From positions 1 to 62,409 of the IMG/VR virus record IMGVR_UViG_3300027607_000105: a DNA stretch of 62,409 nucleotides. One strand, 5' to 3'. Positions 1 through 7,792 of this stretch are shown piece by piece. The notes below the pieces were generated by a model. That model searched no databases. It was not told where the DNA came from and saw only the letters and a list, made by a program, of their open reading frames with translations. The position numbers and the translations under genes were made by a program. Origin of the DNA: a virus (Duplodnaviria > Caudoviricetes). Each line of letters opens with the position of its first letter. The stretch's first letter is position 1.

Positions 1-1290
1 TTAATCATTATTCCTAAGCCTCTTTCTGCGCTCGTTGTCCAATGAAATGGGCATTGGGGAGCTATTGGGGAGTAAATTGGTTTTCGTGTGCTTGTCGAGT
101 TCACGAATAATTCGCTCCGTCGCTTCGCGTGCCGACCGCAAATAGTTCTTGTGATAGTGCAGATATGAGCTTGTCGATTTGTTGCCGACGGCGTGACCCA
201 TGAACCGTTCCGCATCTTCAAACAAAGCGCCTTCACGCTCGGCATGTGTCCGCATGAAGTGTCTCAGCGTGTAGGGAATCAGTTGGGGCAGATTGACTTT
301 CTTCTTTTCCCGCACTCTTTGGAACGCGCCCGCAGCCGACTTGATCGGCTCACCGCGCCAGAAAACATATTGCTCTGGCTCACCTGTTTTTCTTTCAGCG
401 TCCCATTGCTCTAGCCAAGGAAGGAGCGTTGAGGAAATCGGGATCAAGGCTCTCCACTTGCTGACGGCCTGGCGTCGGTCTTCGGGGTTCAAGTCAATCA
501 GTCCCAGTTCGTAATTCACTTGGGACTTTGATAGATCGCAAACCGCTTCGGGCCGGGCCCAGGTGTTCAGCCCAATAATGACGTAGCGTCGGACGTGTGG
601 CGTTTTGATATGATCTATGAACTTCGCCATGTCTTTGAAGCTCGGCAGATACTCCCTGGGACGAGCTGCCGGCCGATCGGTGATCGCAGTGATTTCATTC
701 TCGCCCGTGATGATGTGGGGCGCCGACTTGAGACGCGGCACACCTTCTAATTTGGTGTCCTTCGAATCTTTCAAGACCATATTTACGGCGGCGGCAATCA
801 TCTTCATGTAAGACACAATGCTAGAGGTTTCGTGCTTGCCAGACAGCGAGGCGATAAACTTCTTTTGGGCTTCCCCGCTGAAGTCGGCAACGCTTGTCCC
901 GTTCTCCCGCATGAATTCCACGCAAAGCTTGTGGCCCAGAATAGCGGCGGGGTGGGGCTTCTTCTTTTTCTTTCCGTTCTCAACAACAGTTTTCTTCTTT
1001 TGGTAGTACGTGAAAACCAAACTCAAATGCACTTTGTCAGGTGTCTGAGGATCGCGGTTGCCGTCCTTCAAGCATTCGGCAATCAATTCAATTTGTGCTT
1101 TATCCCGATCTCTTGTTCCAAGCGAAGTGCGACGGACTCGGCCAGTTCCGGTGGAATATCGGAAGGCATACCAATATCCTGAGAGGTCTTCGTCGTCGTC
1201 TCTGAGATCGAGCCACCATCCCCGGAACTCGAATCTGCGTTCTCCGGTCCTGTCGAGCTTTCCCCGTCGCGTGCGTTTGTCTCTGGGCAT
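1..1290 (-). CDS. int: Tyrosine recombinase/integrase
   Basis: Catalytic motifs WARPEAV (R), YTLRH (HxxR variant), FMGH and a downstream Tyr; prophage-edge position. Confidence 0.92.
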   Translation of the reverse strand: MPRDKRTRRGKLDRTGERRFEFRGWWLDLRDDDEDLSGYWYAFRYSTGTGRVRRTSLGTRDRDKAQIELIAECLKDGNRDPQTPDKVHLSLVFTYYQKKKTVVENGKKKKKPHPAAILGHKLCVEFMRENGTSVADFSGEAQKKFIASLSGKHETSSIVSYMKMIAAAVNMVLKDSKDTKLEGVPRLKSAPHIITGENEITAITDRPAARPREYLPSFKDMAKFIDHIKTPHVRRYVIIGLNTWARPEAVCDLSKSQVNYELGLIDLNPEDRRQAVSKWRALIPISSTLLPWLEQWDAERKTGEPEQYVFWRGEPIKSAAGAFQRVREKKKVNLPQLIPYTLRHFMRTHAEREGALFEDAERFMGHAVGNKSTSSYLHYHKNYLRSAREATERIIRELDKHTKTNLLPNSSPMPISLDNERRKRLRNND

Positions 1291-1487
1291 GGGCCCGTCT
1301 CCGTTGTTTCAAGGTACTCAAGAAGCCATGACCGCTTGTACCAGAATGTGCGCTTCTTCTTCTGGTGTCGGATCTGACCACCGTTCCGGGCCCGCCGCAA
1401 CTCCAAGACGGTGAGGCACGCAAATTCATCCGTTTGTAGCCAGTGGCTTTCGGGTCTCAGTATCTCATCTGTCTTTAGCTCAGCCAT
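1083..1487 (-). CDS. Putative excisionase-like protein overlapping the int start
   Basis: Basic N-terminal ~65 aa directly upstream of int, with a low-complexity tail running into int in another frame. Confidence 0.55.
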   Translation of the reverse strand: MAELKTDEILRPESHWLQTDEFACLTVLELRRARNGGQIRHQKKKRTFWYKRSWLLEYLETTETGPCPETNARDGESSTGPENADSSSGDGGSISETTTKTSQDIGMPSDIPPELAESVALRLEQEIGIKHKLN

Positions 1488-1526
1488 CGTTTATCAGCTC
1501 GTCTATTGTGGGCTTAGTTGGGGTGG

Positions 1527-2294
1527 TCATTGGGCCTTACGTAGATCCCTCAGTTTCGCTCGTTCGGCTTTCAATTTTATCTCGTAGTCGGAAATGGCCC
1601 TCTCGATGACCGCTTTCTTTGATTCCTGGTCGGCCTTTGCCATTACTTCAGGCACTTTGAGACCATATCTCCTGCACGCGCCTATTAAGCTGCGAGCGCG
1701 CCAGCCGTACTCCTCGCATTGGCTCAATTCAGATTGTATGAAGTCAAGCGCGTCCTGCCTGCTCTTGAATGGATAAATCCCCCGCCAGCTTCCCGATCCA
1801 TCCGAATAACTATTTATCTCCCATTTCAATGTTTTTTTCAGGTCGCCCCGGAGACTAATGAGCCGCTTCTTTTTGTTATACCCATGACCGTCGTTAAGCT
1901 GCTCGTCGTCATGCTCGACAATCTTCCACTGATCTTCCTCCAATACAAAGTGGGTTATCTTCGAATCCAGAAAGTCTTGGACAGACTCTATCCACTTGTT
2001 GCCTTGAAGGATTTTGTTCTGCTCAGCGATCTTGTTGTTGAGTTGCCCAACCTCTCGCTCTAGTTCATTAAGCTTGTCGCGCGCCGCGGCCCGTTCATCG
2101 CTCAGGCGCCTCAGTTCGTCATTGTAAACCGGCATAGGCGGTTTGTCGTAAACCTGCTCAACGAGCAAAAGCGCTCCGTCGCCGTAGGTAACCTCATCGC
2201 CATATAGATATTCAACTCTTTCGCGCACAACTAGGCCGTCAGACGTTTCGGACACCAAAGTCACTTCGCGGCCATCTTTCAAGTATTTAACCAT
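1527..2294 (-). CDS. Phage hypothetical protein with coiled coil
   Basis: 255-aa ORF, GGAG RBS, position in the early operon. Confidence 0.8.
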   Translation of the reverse strand: MVKYLKDGREVTLVSETSDGLVVRERVEYLYGDEVTYGDGALLLVEQVYDKPPMPVYNDELRRLSDERAAARDKLNELEREVGQLNNKIAEQNKILQGNKWIESVQDFLDSKITHFVLEEDQWKIVEHDDEQLNDGHGYNKKKRLISLRGDLKKTLKWEINSYSDGSGSWRGIYPFKSRQDALDFIQSELSQCEEYGWRARSLIGACRRYGLKVPEVMAKADQESKKAVIERAISDYEIKLKAERAKLRDLRKAQ

Positions 2295-2327
2295 TCGCTA
2301 TCTCCAGCAGTATGTCGGCGTGAGGGG

Positions 2328-2666
2328 TCATTGCCGTCCGCCCTTGATAACCTTCAGTGCGCCCAATTGTTGCAGAGCCTTTTTCTTTGCCTTTGTTACT
2401 TGGCCTTTGTATGAGGCAGCAGATCGGCGGGCGTGATCGGTCTGCTTAATTTGATCGCGATACATGCGTTCGTAAAAATCTTTCGACTCTTCCAGGCGCA
2501 GATTGTCGCGCTCAAGACGCTTAACTTTGGTATCCGTGTAATGCTGTGCATGGCCGTTAGGGCAATGAAACGTGCCCCCACGCTCAAGTAGCTGTCGTCT
2601 GTGGCCTGCTTCGATACCGAAAGGAATATTGCACTTGCAGCAATTCTCTTGAATAAGGTCAGCCAT
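2328..2666 (-). CDS. Hypothetical Zn-finger/coiled-coil protein
   Basis: CxxC...CPNGH; start coupled to the upstream stop. Confidence 0.7.
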   Translation of the reverse strand: MADLIQENCCKCNIPFGIEAGHRRQLLERGGTFHCPNGHAQHYTDTKVKRLERDNLRLEESKDFYERMYRDQIKQTDHARRSAASYKGQVTKAKKKALQQLGALKVIKGGRQ

Positions 2667-3057
2667 CAGCCGAGTCCTTCTCACTCTCTCTATTGGCCTC
2701 AATAGCCTGGGCTGCGGCTTCTGTCTCTTCGGGAAGGGTGTGCCAAAAATCTGCCAATTGGCCTGGTGTGAAAGCGTCTTTCAATTCTGCAAAAGGCGCC
2801 AACGCGTTGGCCAGTGCGGCGTTACGGGTGCGTTCGGCTTGGAGTTGGCGTTCGGCTTCAATTCGTTTGACCTCATCTTCCGCAGAAGTATCAAGAGCCG
2901 AGCCAACCCACTTTTGCGCCACGTCTAGGCGGACGTATTCTTTGCAATGCAGTTTCATTTCGGCATTAGCTGCGTTGCTTTCGCACCACGTCTGCATTTC
3001 AATAGCGTCCGAGACTTGTTCAACACCAAGCCAAGCTCTTTCCGGCATATCACCCAT
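2659..3057 (-). CDS. Phage hypothetical protein
   Basis: ORF overlapping both neighbours, GAGG RBS. Confidence 0.65.
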   Translation of the reverse strand: MGDMPERAWLGVEQVSDAIEMQTWCESNAANAEMKLHCKEYVRLDVAQKWVGSALDTSAEDEVKRIEAERQLQAERTRNAALANALAPFAELKDAFTPGQLADFWHTLPEETEAAAQAIEANRESEKDSADG

Positions 3058-3301
3058 CACTATCTCCCTCGATTTGCTTTGAGTTGGCCGGTTTGGCTTC
3101 AGCTTCCAGCGTTTTGATGGCTTGCAGATATAGGCGAACACCGTTGAACAATTGCTTTGCAACCGCAGCTCTTGCGAGCCCCTCGGCTGGACTGATCTTC
3201 CCGGATCTCAGCGCCTCCAGATCGCCTGACAACCCAATAACCGTTTCTCGTAAGTTCAGATTGTCCGACACGGGTGAACTCTCATAGTCTCTGCTTACCA
3301 T
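3050..3301 (-). CDS. Phage hypothetical protein
   Basis: 83-aa helical ORF, coupled to neighbours. Confidence 0.65.
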   Translation of the reverse strand: MVSRDYESSPVSDNLNLRETVIGLSGDLEALRSGKISPAEGLARAAVAKQLFNGVRLYLQAIKTLEAEAKPANSKQIEGDSDG

Positions 3302-3624
3302 CGGATTATTGTCCCCCAGGCTCGGCTTGGAATTTCTTGTGGTTTCTGAAACTTGAAGTTTTCGTCAAAACACAAGTGTTTTGACTCGGCGTCAATGCAC
3401 TCGGCTAACGCATCAATTTGTTGCGCTATCCGTCTGTCTCGAAAGTTTCCAAAGGCACCAACTGGTCTGCCCCAGTGCCGTTCGCACCATGCGCAGACAG
3501 GCGGGACGTGCTGATAAGCATTTGGCTCAGGCCACTGTCTTTTGATTGTATGGCCACAGATCGCGCAGTCAAAAGACGGCTTAGGCCAGGGCAAAGGCTC
3601 ATTGTTCCAGTCGTATCTAACCAT
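3295..3624 (-). CDS. Hypothetical Zn-ribbon protein
   Basis: CAIC...CAWC. Confidence 0.6.
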   Translation of the reverse strand: MVRYDWNNEPLPWPKPSFDCAICGHTIKRQWPEPNAYQHVPPVCAWCERHWGRPVGAFGNFRDRRIAQQIDALAECIDAESKHLCFDENFKFQKPQEIPSRAWGTIIRW

Positions 3625-3862
3625 CACTATCACCCCGCGCTGCGTCGGCTTTGAGCCAATTCTCTGCCCACGCTTTCATTTGTTTCCACTCCGCTTCGGA
3701 AATGTCACAAGCCTCCACAGTGCCCATGAACTGAGGGTCTATGTTGATCAGCTTGAAAAGCCTGCTTGCCATCCGCAATATCCTTGCTGCCTCGGCGTTG
3801 TGTTTCAATTCGGCGTTATCTTCGACAGTTCGATAGCCGCGCATGATCTTTTGTTCACTCAT
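3617..3862 (-). CDS. Phage hypothetical protein
   Basis: 81-aa ORF with AGGA RBS. Confidence 0.6.
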   Translation of the reverse strand: MSEQKIMRGYRTVEDNAELKHNAEAARILRMASRLFKLINIDPQFMGTVEACDISEAEWKQMKAWAENWLKADAARGDSDG

Positions 3863-3921
3863 GGTCCGCGTCCTTTGGTGGTGGGCAAAACTTTAGATCT
3901 GTCATTGCTCTGGCTTTCCGG

Positions 3922-4218
3922 CTAGGCCGCGTTGGCGCTCTCTGGCCTGCTGTATCGAGGCAAAAAGAAATTCAGAAGCTTTCCTGTTGACCGGTCCATG
4001 TGTCGTTGAATTCCCCAGACATCGTGCAAAAAGTCAAAGCCTGAGGCGTGAAGCAGGCCGTCAAAGTCCATTGGGTTTCCGTTCGCGTGGCAGGCGGTCA
4101 AATCCATTCCCAACGATTCACGGTCGAATGAATTGGTGGACTCGGCTTCGAGGCGGTCAAGAATATCATTGACCAATGCGGCCTCTAAATCTGTCACTTC
4201 AAACGAAATGTGCTCCAT
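3922..4218 (-). CDS. Conserved phage protein (DUF6874-like)
   Basis: MDLTACHANG...DFLHDVWGIQRHMDRSTGKL...FLPRY; strong RBS. Confidence 0.7.
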   Translation of the reverse strand: MEHISFEVTDLEAALVNDILDRLEAESTNSFDRESLGMDLTACHANGNPMDFDGLLHASGFDFLHDVWGIQRHMDRSTGKLLNFFLPRYSRPESANAA

Positions 4219-4365
4219 CTTCTCTCTCCTAAATTCGCGGGGTGATTTAAGGCGTTTGCACCCATCGCCGCGTTTTTCTTTTTTCGGTCGTCAAATCACA
4301 CGCGAGAACAAGTCCGGCAATGTGATCCCCCGAGAGTCCCAAAACTGCAAAAACGATCTCTGACC

Positions 4366-4584
4366 TCACTGATCGGGTTTCCCTGCTAGCCCGCAGTAGC
4401 CGTTGCTGGATTTCTGCCGCCTTGGTCGTGCGTCCAAAGGAGCGCGATCTACGTCCTCATAAACCCACCGCCAAGCGCCGCAACTGTTTCCCTCGCAATG
4501 GCGCGTGCCACTTTCGGACTCGATGCCGCAGTTTTCAGGACCGCAACACGTTATCTCTTTAGCCTGTTCGACTGTGTAGATCAT
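4366..4584 (-). CDS. Cys-rich hypothetical protein
   Basis: CxGxxCxAWRW...GYCGLAGKP. Confidence 0.65.
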   Translation of the reverse strand: MIYTVEQAKEITCCGPENCGIESESGTRHCEGNSCGAWRWVYEDVDRAPLDARPRRQKSSNGYCGLAGKPDQ

Positions 4585-4585
4585 G

Positions 4586-4813
4586 TCAGTCGTCCATCAT
4601 GGATTTGCGATAGTCTGCCGAGCGCTCACGCTGGCCAGGTGGGACATGATCAAGGTCAACTGGCATACCTTGTTCAAAATGATCGCAACTGTTGAACTTG
4701 CTCACAAAGTGACCGGATCGCGGGCCATCGCTGGACAAGCACATTGCTTTGGCCTGTCCATCTTCGACGGCTGCCAACATCTCACTCCAGAACTTGCACT
4801 TGCTACATGACAT
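4586..4813 (-). CDS. Cys-rich hypothetical protein
   Basis: CSKCKFW...C...C; AGGAG RBS. Confidence 0.6.
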   Translation of the reverse strand: MSCSKCKFWSEMLAAVEDGQAKAMCLSSDGPRSGHFVSKFNSCDHFEQGMPVDLDHVPPGQRERSADYRKSMMDD

Positions 4814-4960
4814 CTTCTCTCTCCTTATTCGGCGGTTGTACGTGCTTCGCTTTATCGGTTGCTATCCAACATAAGCTCACTAGTGCGCGATCATCTCATG
4901 TGTCTTGCATCACGTGTCCGGGTTAGTTAAACCTCTGGCCACCGCCCCGCCTAGGCGGAA

Positions 4961-5347
4961 CTAAAATGGGATCCCGTCGTCAAGATATGGCAGAGGGGCA
5001 ACCACGAAGTTGTCCTCATAGTCATATGTTTTCGAGTTAATGAGAACTTCTAGAGCGTCCACATAGGCAATGATTGCATTGTGCTCTGGTGATCGGTCAG
5101 CCTCCGGGATGGTGCTCTTAATATCGTCGGCCTTATCATTGTAACTCATCAGAGCCCTTTGCGCTCTGTCGAACTGATCGTCAGCAATTTCCCGGAGCTG
5201 GTATTGCGCGACTGCTTTGTCGGCCAACCGCGCCGCCGCTTTCCTGAGATCGTCAACGGCTTTCAGATCTTCCAGATCATCCGCCGACAGACTGACTTCA
5301 AAGTGACAGTAGTCGTGGGACCTCATAACTCTCACTGATGCTTGCAT
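4961..5347 (-). CDS. Phage hypothetical protein
   Basis: 128 aa, GGAGG RBS, acidic DDGIPF C-terminus resembling an SSB tail. Confidence 0.7.
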   Translation of the reverse strand: MQASVRVMRSHDYCHFEVSLSADDLEDLKAVDDLRKAAARLADKAVAQYQLREIADDQFDRAQRALMSYNDKADDIKSTIPEADRSPEHNAIIAYVDALEVLINSKTYDYEDNFVVAPLPYLDDGIPF

Positions 5348-5391
5348 CTAAATTGCCTCCGTTGTGCCGCCTAAGCGGATTGCTTTGATTC

Positions 5392-5580
5392 CTACTTCTT
5401 TCCCTCGACCAAGATCTTGAAGCTCTCCATGGTTCTCGCGATCATTTCCATGAGCTTGATTTCGTGGTCGGCCTTTTCCTGGGTCAGTTTGTTTTCCTTC
5501 ACCGCAACAGGGTATTGGGCTTCCCTCCGCTTGACCTCCCGTTCCGCGCATTTGATCAGATCATCAATGTGGGGGCTCGT
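5392..5580 (-). CDS. Small phage protein with a non-canonical (ACG) or mutated start; absent from the ORF track
   Basis: Open frame TSPHIDDLIKCAEREVKRREAQYPVAVKENKLTQEKADHEIKLMEMIARTMESFKILVEGKK* fills the operon gap; no in-frame ATG/GTG at its 5' end. Confidence 0.55.
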   Translation of the reverse strand, partial: TSPHIDDLIKCAEREVKRREAQYPVAVKENKLTQEKADHEIKLMEMIARTMESFKILVEGKK

Positions 5581-5884
5581 GCCGTTCCGCCAATTCCAGA
5601 TGTTCCAGCGTGCAGCCTTTCAACGTTTCCAAATCAATCGGGTCTTGTCCCGTAATGTGTTTTTCCGTGTCGCGAAGTATCACAAGCAGATGAGAGAAGA
5701 CCCGTGACGCTGCCATAAGAATTGTGAACCAATCCGTTTTCCTTTGGGTGAATTCATCTGCCGCCCATTGGGAGACATCCTCTCCAATCCGGTCTAGCAG
5801 TCTATTGACCGCACTTTTCCTGCTGGCGCTATAAGCTGCCTCTTCACAGTCACGCTTGATTTGATTCACGATTTCTTGTGTCAT
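5564..5884 (-). CDS. Phage hypothetical protein
   Basis: 106-aa ORF in the operon. Confidence 0.6.
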   Translation of the reverse strand: MTQEIVNQIKRDCEEAAYSASRKSAVNRLLDRIGEDVSQWAADEFTQRKTDWFTILMAASRVFSHLLVILRDTEKHITGQDPIDLETLKGCTLEHLELAERHEPPH

Positions 5885-5895
5885 CGAGTTTACCT

Positions 5896-6102
5896 TTAAG
5901 CGGATTGCCTAGTTTTGCACCGGATTTCGTACCCCGCAGCTTCCAATGCCTTGAGATCAGATCGAACGCTGTCCCTGATCGTTTCCTTGGCGTCTTCCTG
6001 CGCGCCATCCCAGTGCAGCACTTTTCGTGAAGCGTTTGGCGTGCTCTCAACGATATGGTTCCATCGAGCCGCAGCAATTATTTCAATATCCTCGTCTGTC
6101 AT
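5896..6102 (-). CDS. Phage hypothetical protein
   Basis: 68 aa, GAGG RBS. Confidence 0.6.
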   Translation of the reverse strand: MTDEDIEIIAAARWNHIVESTPNASRKVLHWDGAQEDAKETIRDSVRSDLKALEAAGYEIRCKTRQSA

Positions 6103-6241
6103 CGTCTTTCCTCTTTAGGTGGGCGGTGGGAAGGTATCTCGCCTTCCTGTGATCACTTTCTTGTCTGTCGTGTTGATCCCCAGACTCGAAGCCCTAGATC
6201 ACGACACCGGGTAGTCAGGCACGCCGGCCACCGCCATAAAC

Positions 6242-6643
6242 CTAAGCTGCCAAGCGCCTCTCTTGGTTTGTTTCCGCAATGATCTTGACGAGATCCAGAA
6301 CCTGTTTCCGTACTTTTGGATCTTCAATTTCCCGGTAGGCTCGGTTCAATGCGAGACCGTCTGATGTCGCCATGACTTCCGTAACGGGGTCTTCAATCCC
6401 GACGTCGGGAGACTTGCCTTCGAGTCCGCCGAAGAAGAATTCAACAGGGCAATCCAATATGTTGGCGAACTGCCAGAGCCTGCTTGCCGAGATCCGGTTC
6501 GCTCCGTTCTCGTATTTCTGAATTTGTTGGAATGTGATCCCGACTTGATCCCCTAGAGACTCCTGGCTGACACCACAGATGTTTCTGCGGGCTCTCAGTC
6601 TTTGTCCGACGTGGACGTCAATTGGGTTTGGTTTGTTTCTCAT
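6242..6643 (-). CDS. XRE-family HTH regulator, PraR/PhrR-like
   Basis: PNPIDVHVGQRLR...GITFQQIQKYENGANRISASRL...FFF...GLALNRAY.EIEDPKVRKQVLDLVK matches the alphaproteobacterial PraR/PhrR pattern. Confidence 0.85.
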   Translation of the reverse strand: MRNKPNPIDVHVGQRLRARRNICGVSQESLGDQVGITFQQIQKYENGANRISASRLWQFANILDCPVEFFFGGLEGKSPDVGIEDPVTEVMATSDGLALNRAYREIEDPKVRKQVLDLVKIIAETNQERRLAA

Positions 6644-6704
6644 GCTGCCTCCTTGTGTGCTTCGCAAGTGGGTGGCCAGAACTCGCCTGTCTGACCACCC
6701 TTGT

Positions 6705-6777
6705 CGCGTTGACCTGGAATTGAACCAGGGACATACCGTTCCAAAAACGATTGCTCTACCAACTGAGCTATCGACGC
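6705..6777 (-). tRNA. tRNA with TTG (Gln) anticodon, atypical and possibly degenerate
   Basis: GCGTCGA-TA-GCTC AGTTGGTA GAGC-A-ATCGT TTTTGGA ACGGT-ATGTC-CCTGG TTCAATT CCAGG-TCAACGC-G; one acceptor mismatch, CCA not encoded. Confidence 0.75.
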
Positions 6778-6790
6778 TTTGTGCTTTTGG

Positions 6791-6940
6791 TACGGATCGG
6801 ACGCGCCCAACAAACTAAGACTTATCAAATCGCGCGGTTTACCATTAACGTACGCGCCATCAGTGAATTGGCTGGCGCGGCGGGAATCGAACCCGCATTT
6901 CGCAATATTCCTGTTTGTTGCTTTGTCTTTTCCGGCCATA
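6791..6940 (-). ncRNA. Circularly permuted tRNA-like RNA (3' half, 9-nt linker, 5' half) on a long terminal stem
   Basis: TTGCG-AAAT-GCGGG TTCGATT CCCGC-CGCGCCA-G-CCA (6905-6869), ATTCACTGA, then TGGCGCG-TA-CGTT AATGGTA AACC-G-CGCGA (6859-6830); flanks pair CAACAAAC/GTTTGTTG and TATGG..CGGA/TCCG..CCGTA. Confidence 0.75.
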
Positions 6941-7036
6941 GCTTAAAACTTTCGGGCAAAACACTTAAACTCGTGGGCCCCTATGGGCCGCTACCTAAAA
7001 CTAAATCTGCTACTCAAACTGTCCCGAAGGATTCCG

Positions 7037-7792
7037 TTACCCGTGAATGAAATCGAAGATCACATTACCGATATTCATGTTCACGACTTCTGCTTTATTG
7101 GCTTTCTGGCGCGCGCGTTTCACCGCGCGGATGAGCTTGTCGATACGCTCCAAATGCAAAGACTTTTGATAGGGCGTCATCATGCTTGAGCGCCGATTGA
7201 CCTCAATTCGTCCTATTGGTTTGTCAGCGGTCCAGCGCTCAACTTGAGCTGGGTGATGCTCGTCGGCAGGTACCACAATTTTGTGTTCTATGGTCTTCTC
7301 GGTCTTGAAACGGACTTCCGATTCCTTATTGACCGAAACACCTCCACCGGCCTGTGCATCGTCCACCCATTCAATAGCTGGGTCCAGGGTAGGGATTCGG
7401 AGATAGACATCTCTCAATGACGCAAGGCGCTTCTCCAATCCAAGCAATAGAGTTGCCGGTGCGCCGGTGATCAGCGTCTCTCCGTCAACCACAAGGTCGG
7501 CACGCGCGTCTTGATTGGTTCGCTCCTTAGAGGCAAAGCAGTCAAAATACCTCGTTATCGGTTTGCGGATGTAGTCAAGCTTTCCGCTTACCGTCTCGAC
7601 CATTGGGCTGGTTTCGGACGTGTTCTCAAAGGACCGGCTATCGTCGTTCATGGTGACAGTCCGTGTGGACTCCAAGAAATGCTCCCGCTTGTGTTCGAAA
7701 GTGTTCCTGGCCTCATCCAATATCTTTTTGAAGGTGTGTTCGAGGTCACCCTCGACGGCTAGAACTTCATGTAGTTCACTTTTCTTGGTCAT
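7037..7792 (-). CDS. Conserved uncharacterised helical protein
   Basis: 251 aa; motifs TNQDARADLVVDG, LLGLEKRL, IPTLDP, HPAQVE, AVKRARQKAN resemble a widespread bacterial and phage hypothetical family (recalled, not searched). Confidence 0.8.
   Translation of the reverse strand: MTKKSELHEVLAVEGDLEHTFKKILDEARNTFEHKREHFLESTRTVTMNDDSRSFENTSETSPMVETVSGKLDYIRKPITRYFDCFASKERTNQDARADLVVDGETLITGAPATLLLGLEKRLASLRDVYLRIPTLDPAIEWVDDAQAGGGVSVNKESEVRFKTEKTIEHKIVVPADEHHPAQVERWTADKPIGRIEVNRRSSMMTPYQKSLHLERIDKLIRAVKRARQKANKAEVVNMNIGNVIFDFIHG

Noticed and set aside
6791-6940. Two-piece tmRNA
   Set aside because: No G3-U70 alanine identity, a normal D-arm is present, and there is no room for a tag reading frame.
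6640-7050. ORFs 6640-6939 (-) and 6751-7050 (+)
   Set aside because: They are shadows of the RNA genes (AAGIEPA, LYQLSY) with no protein-like features.
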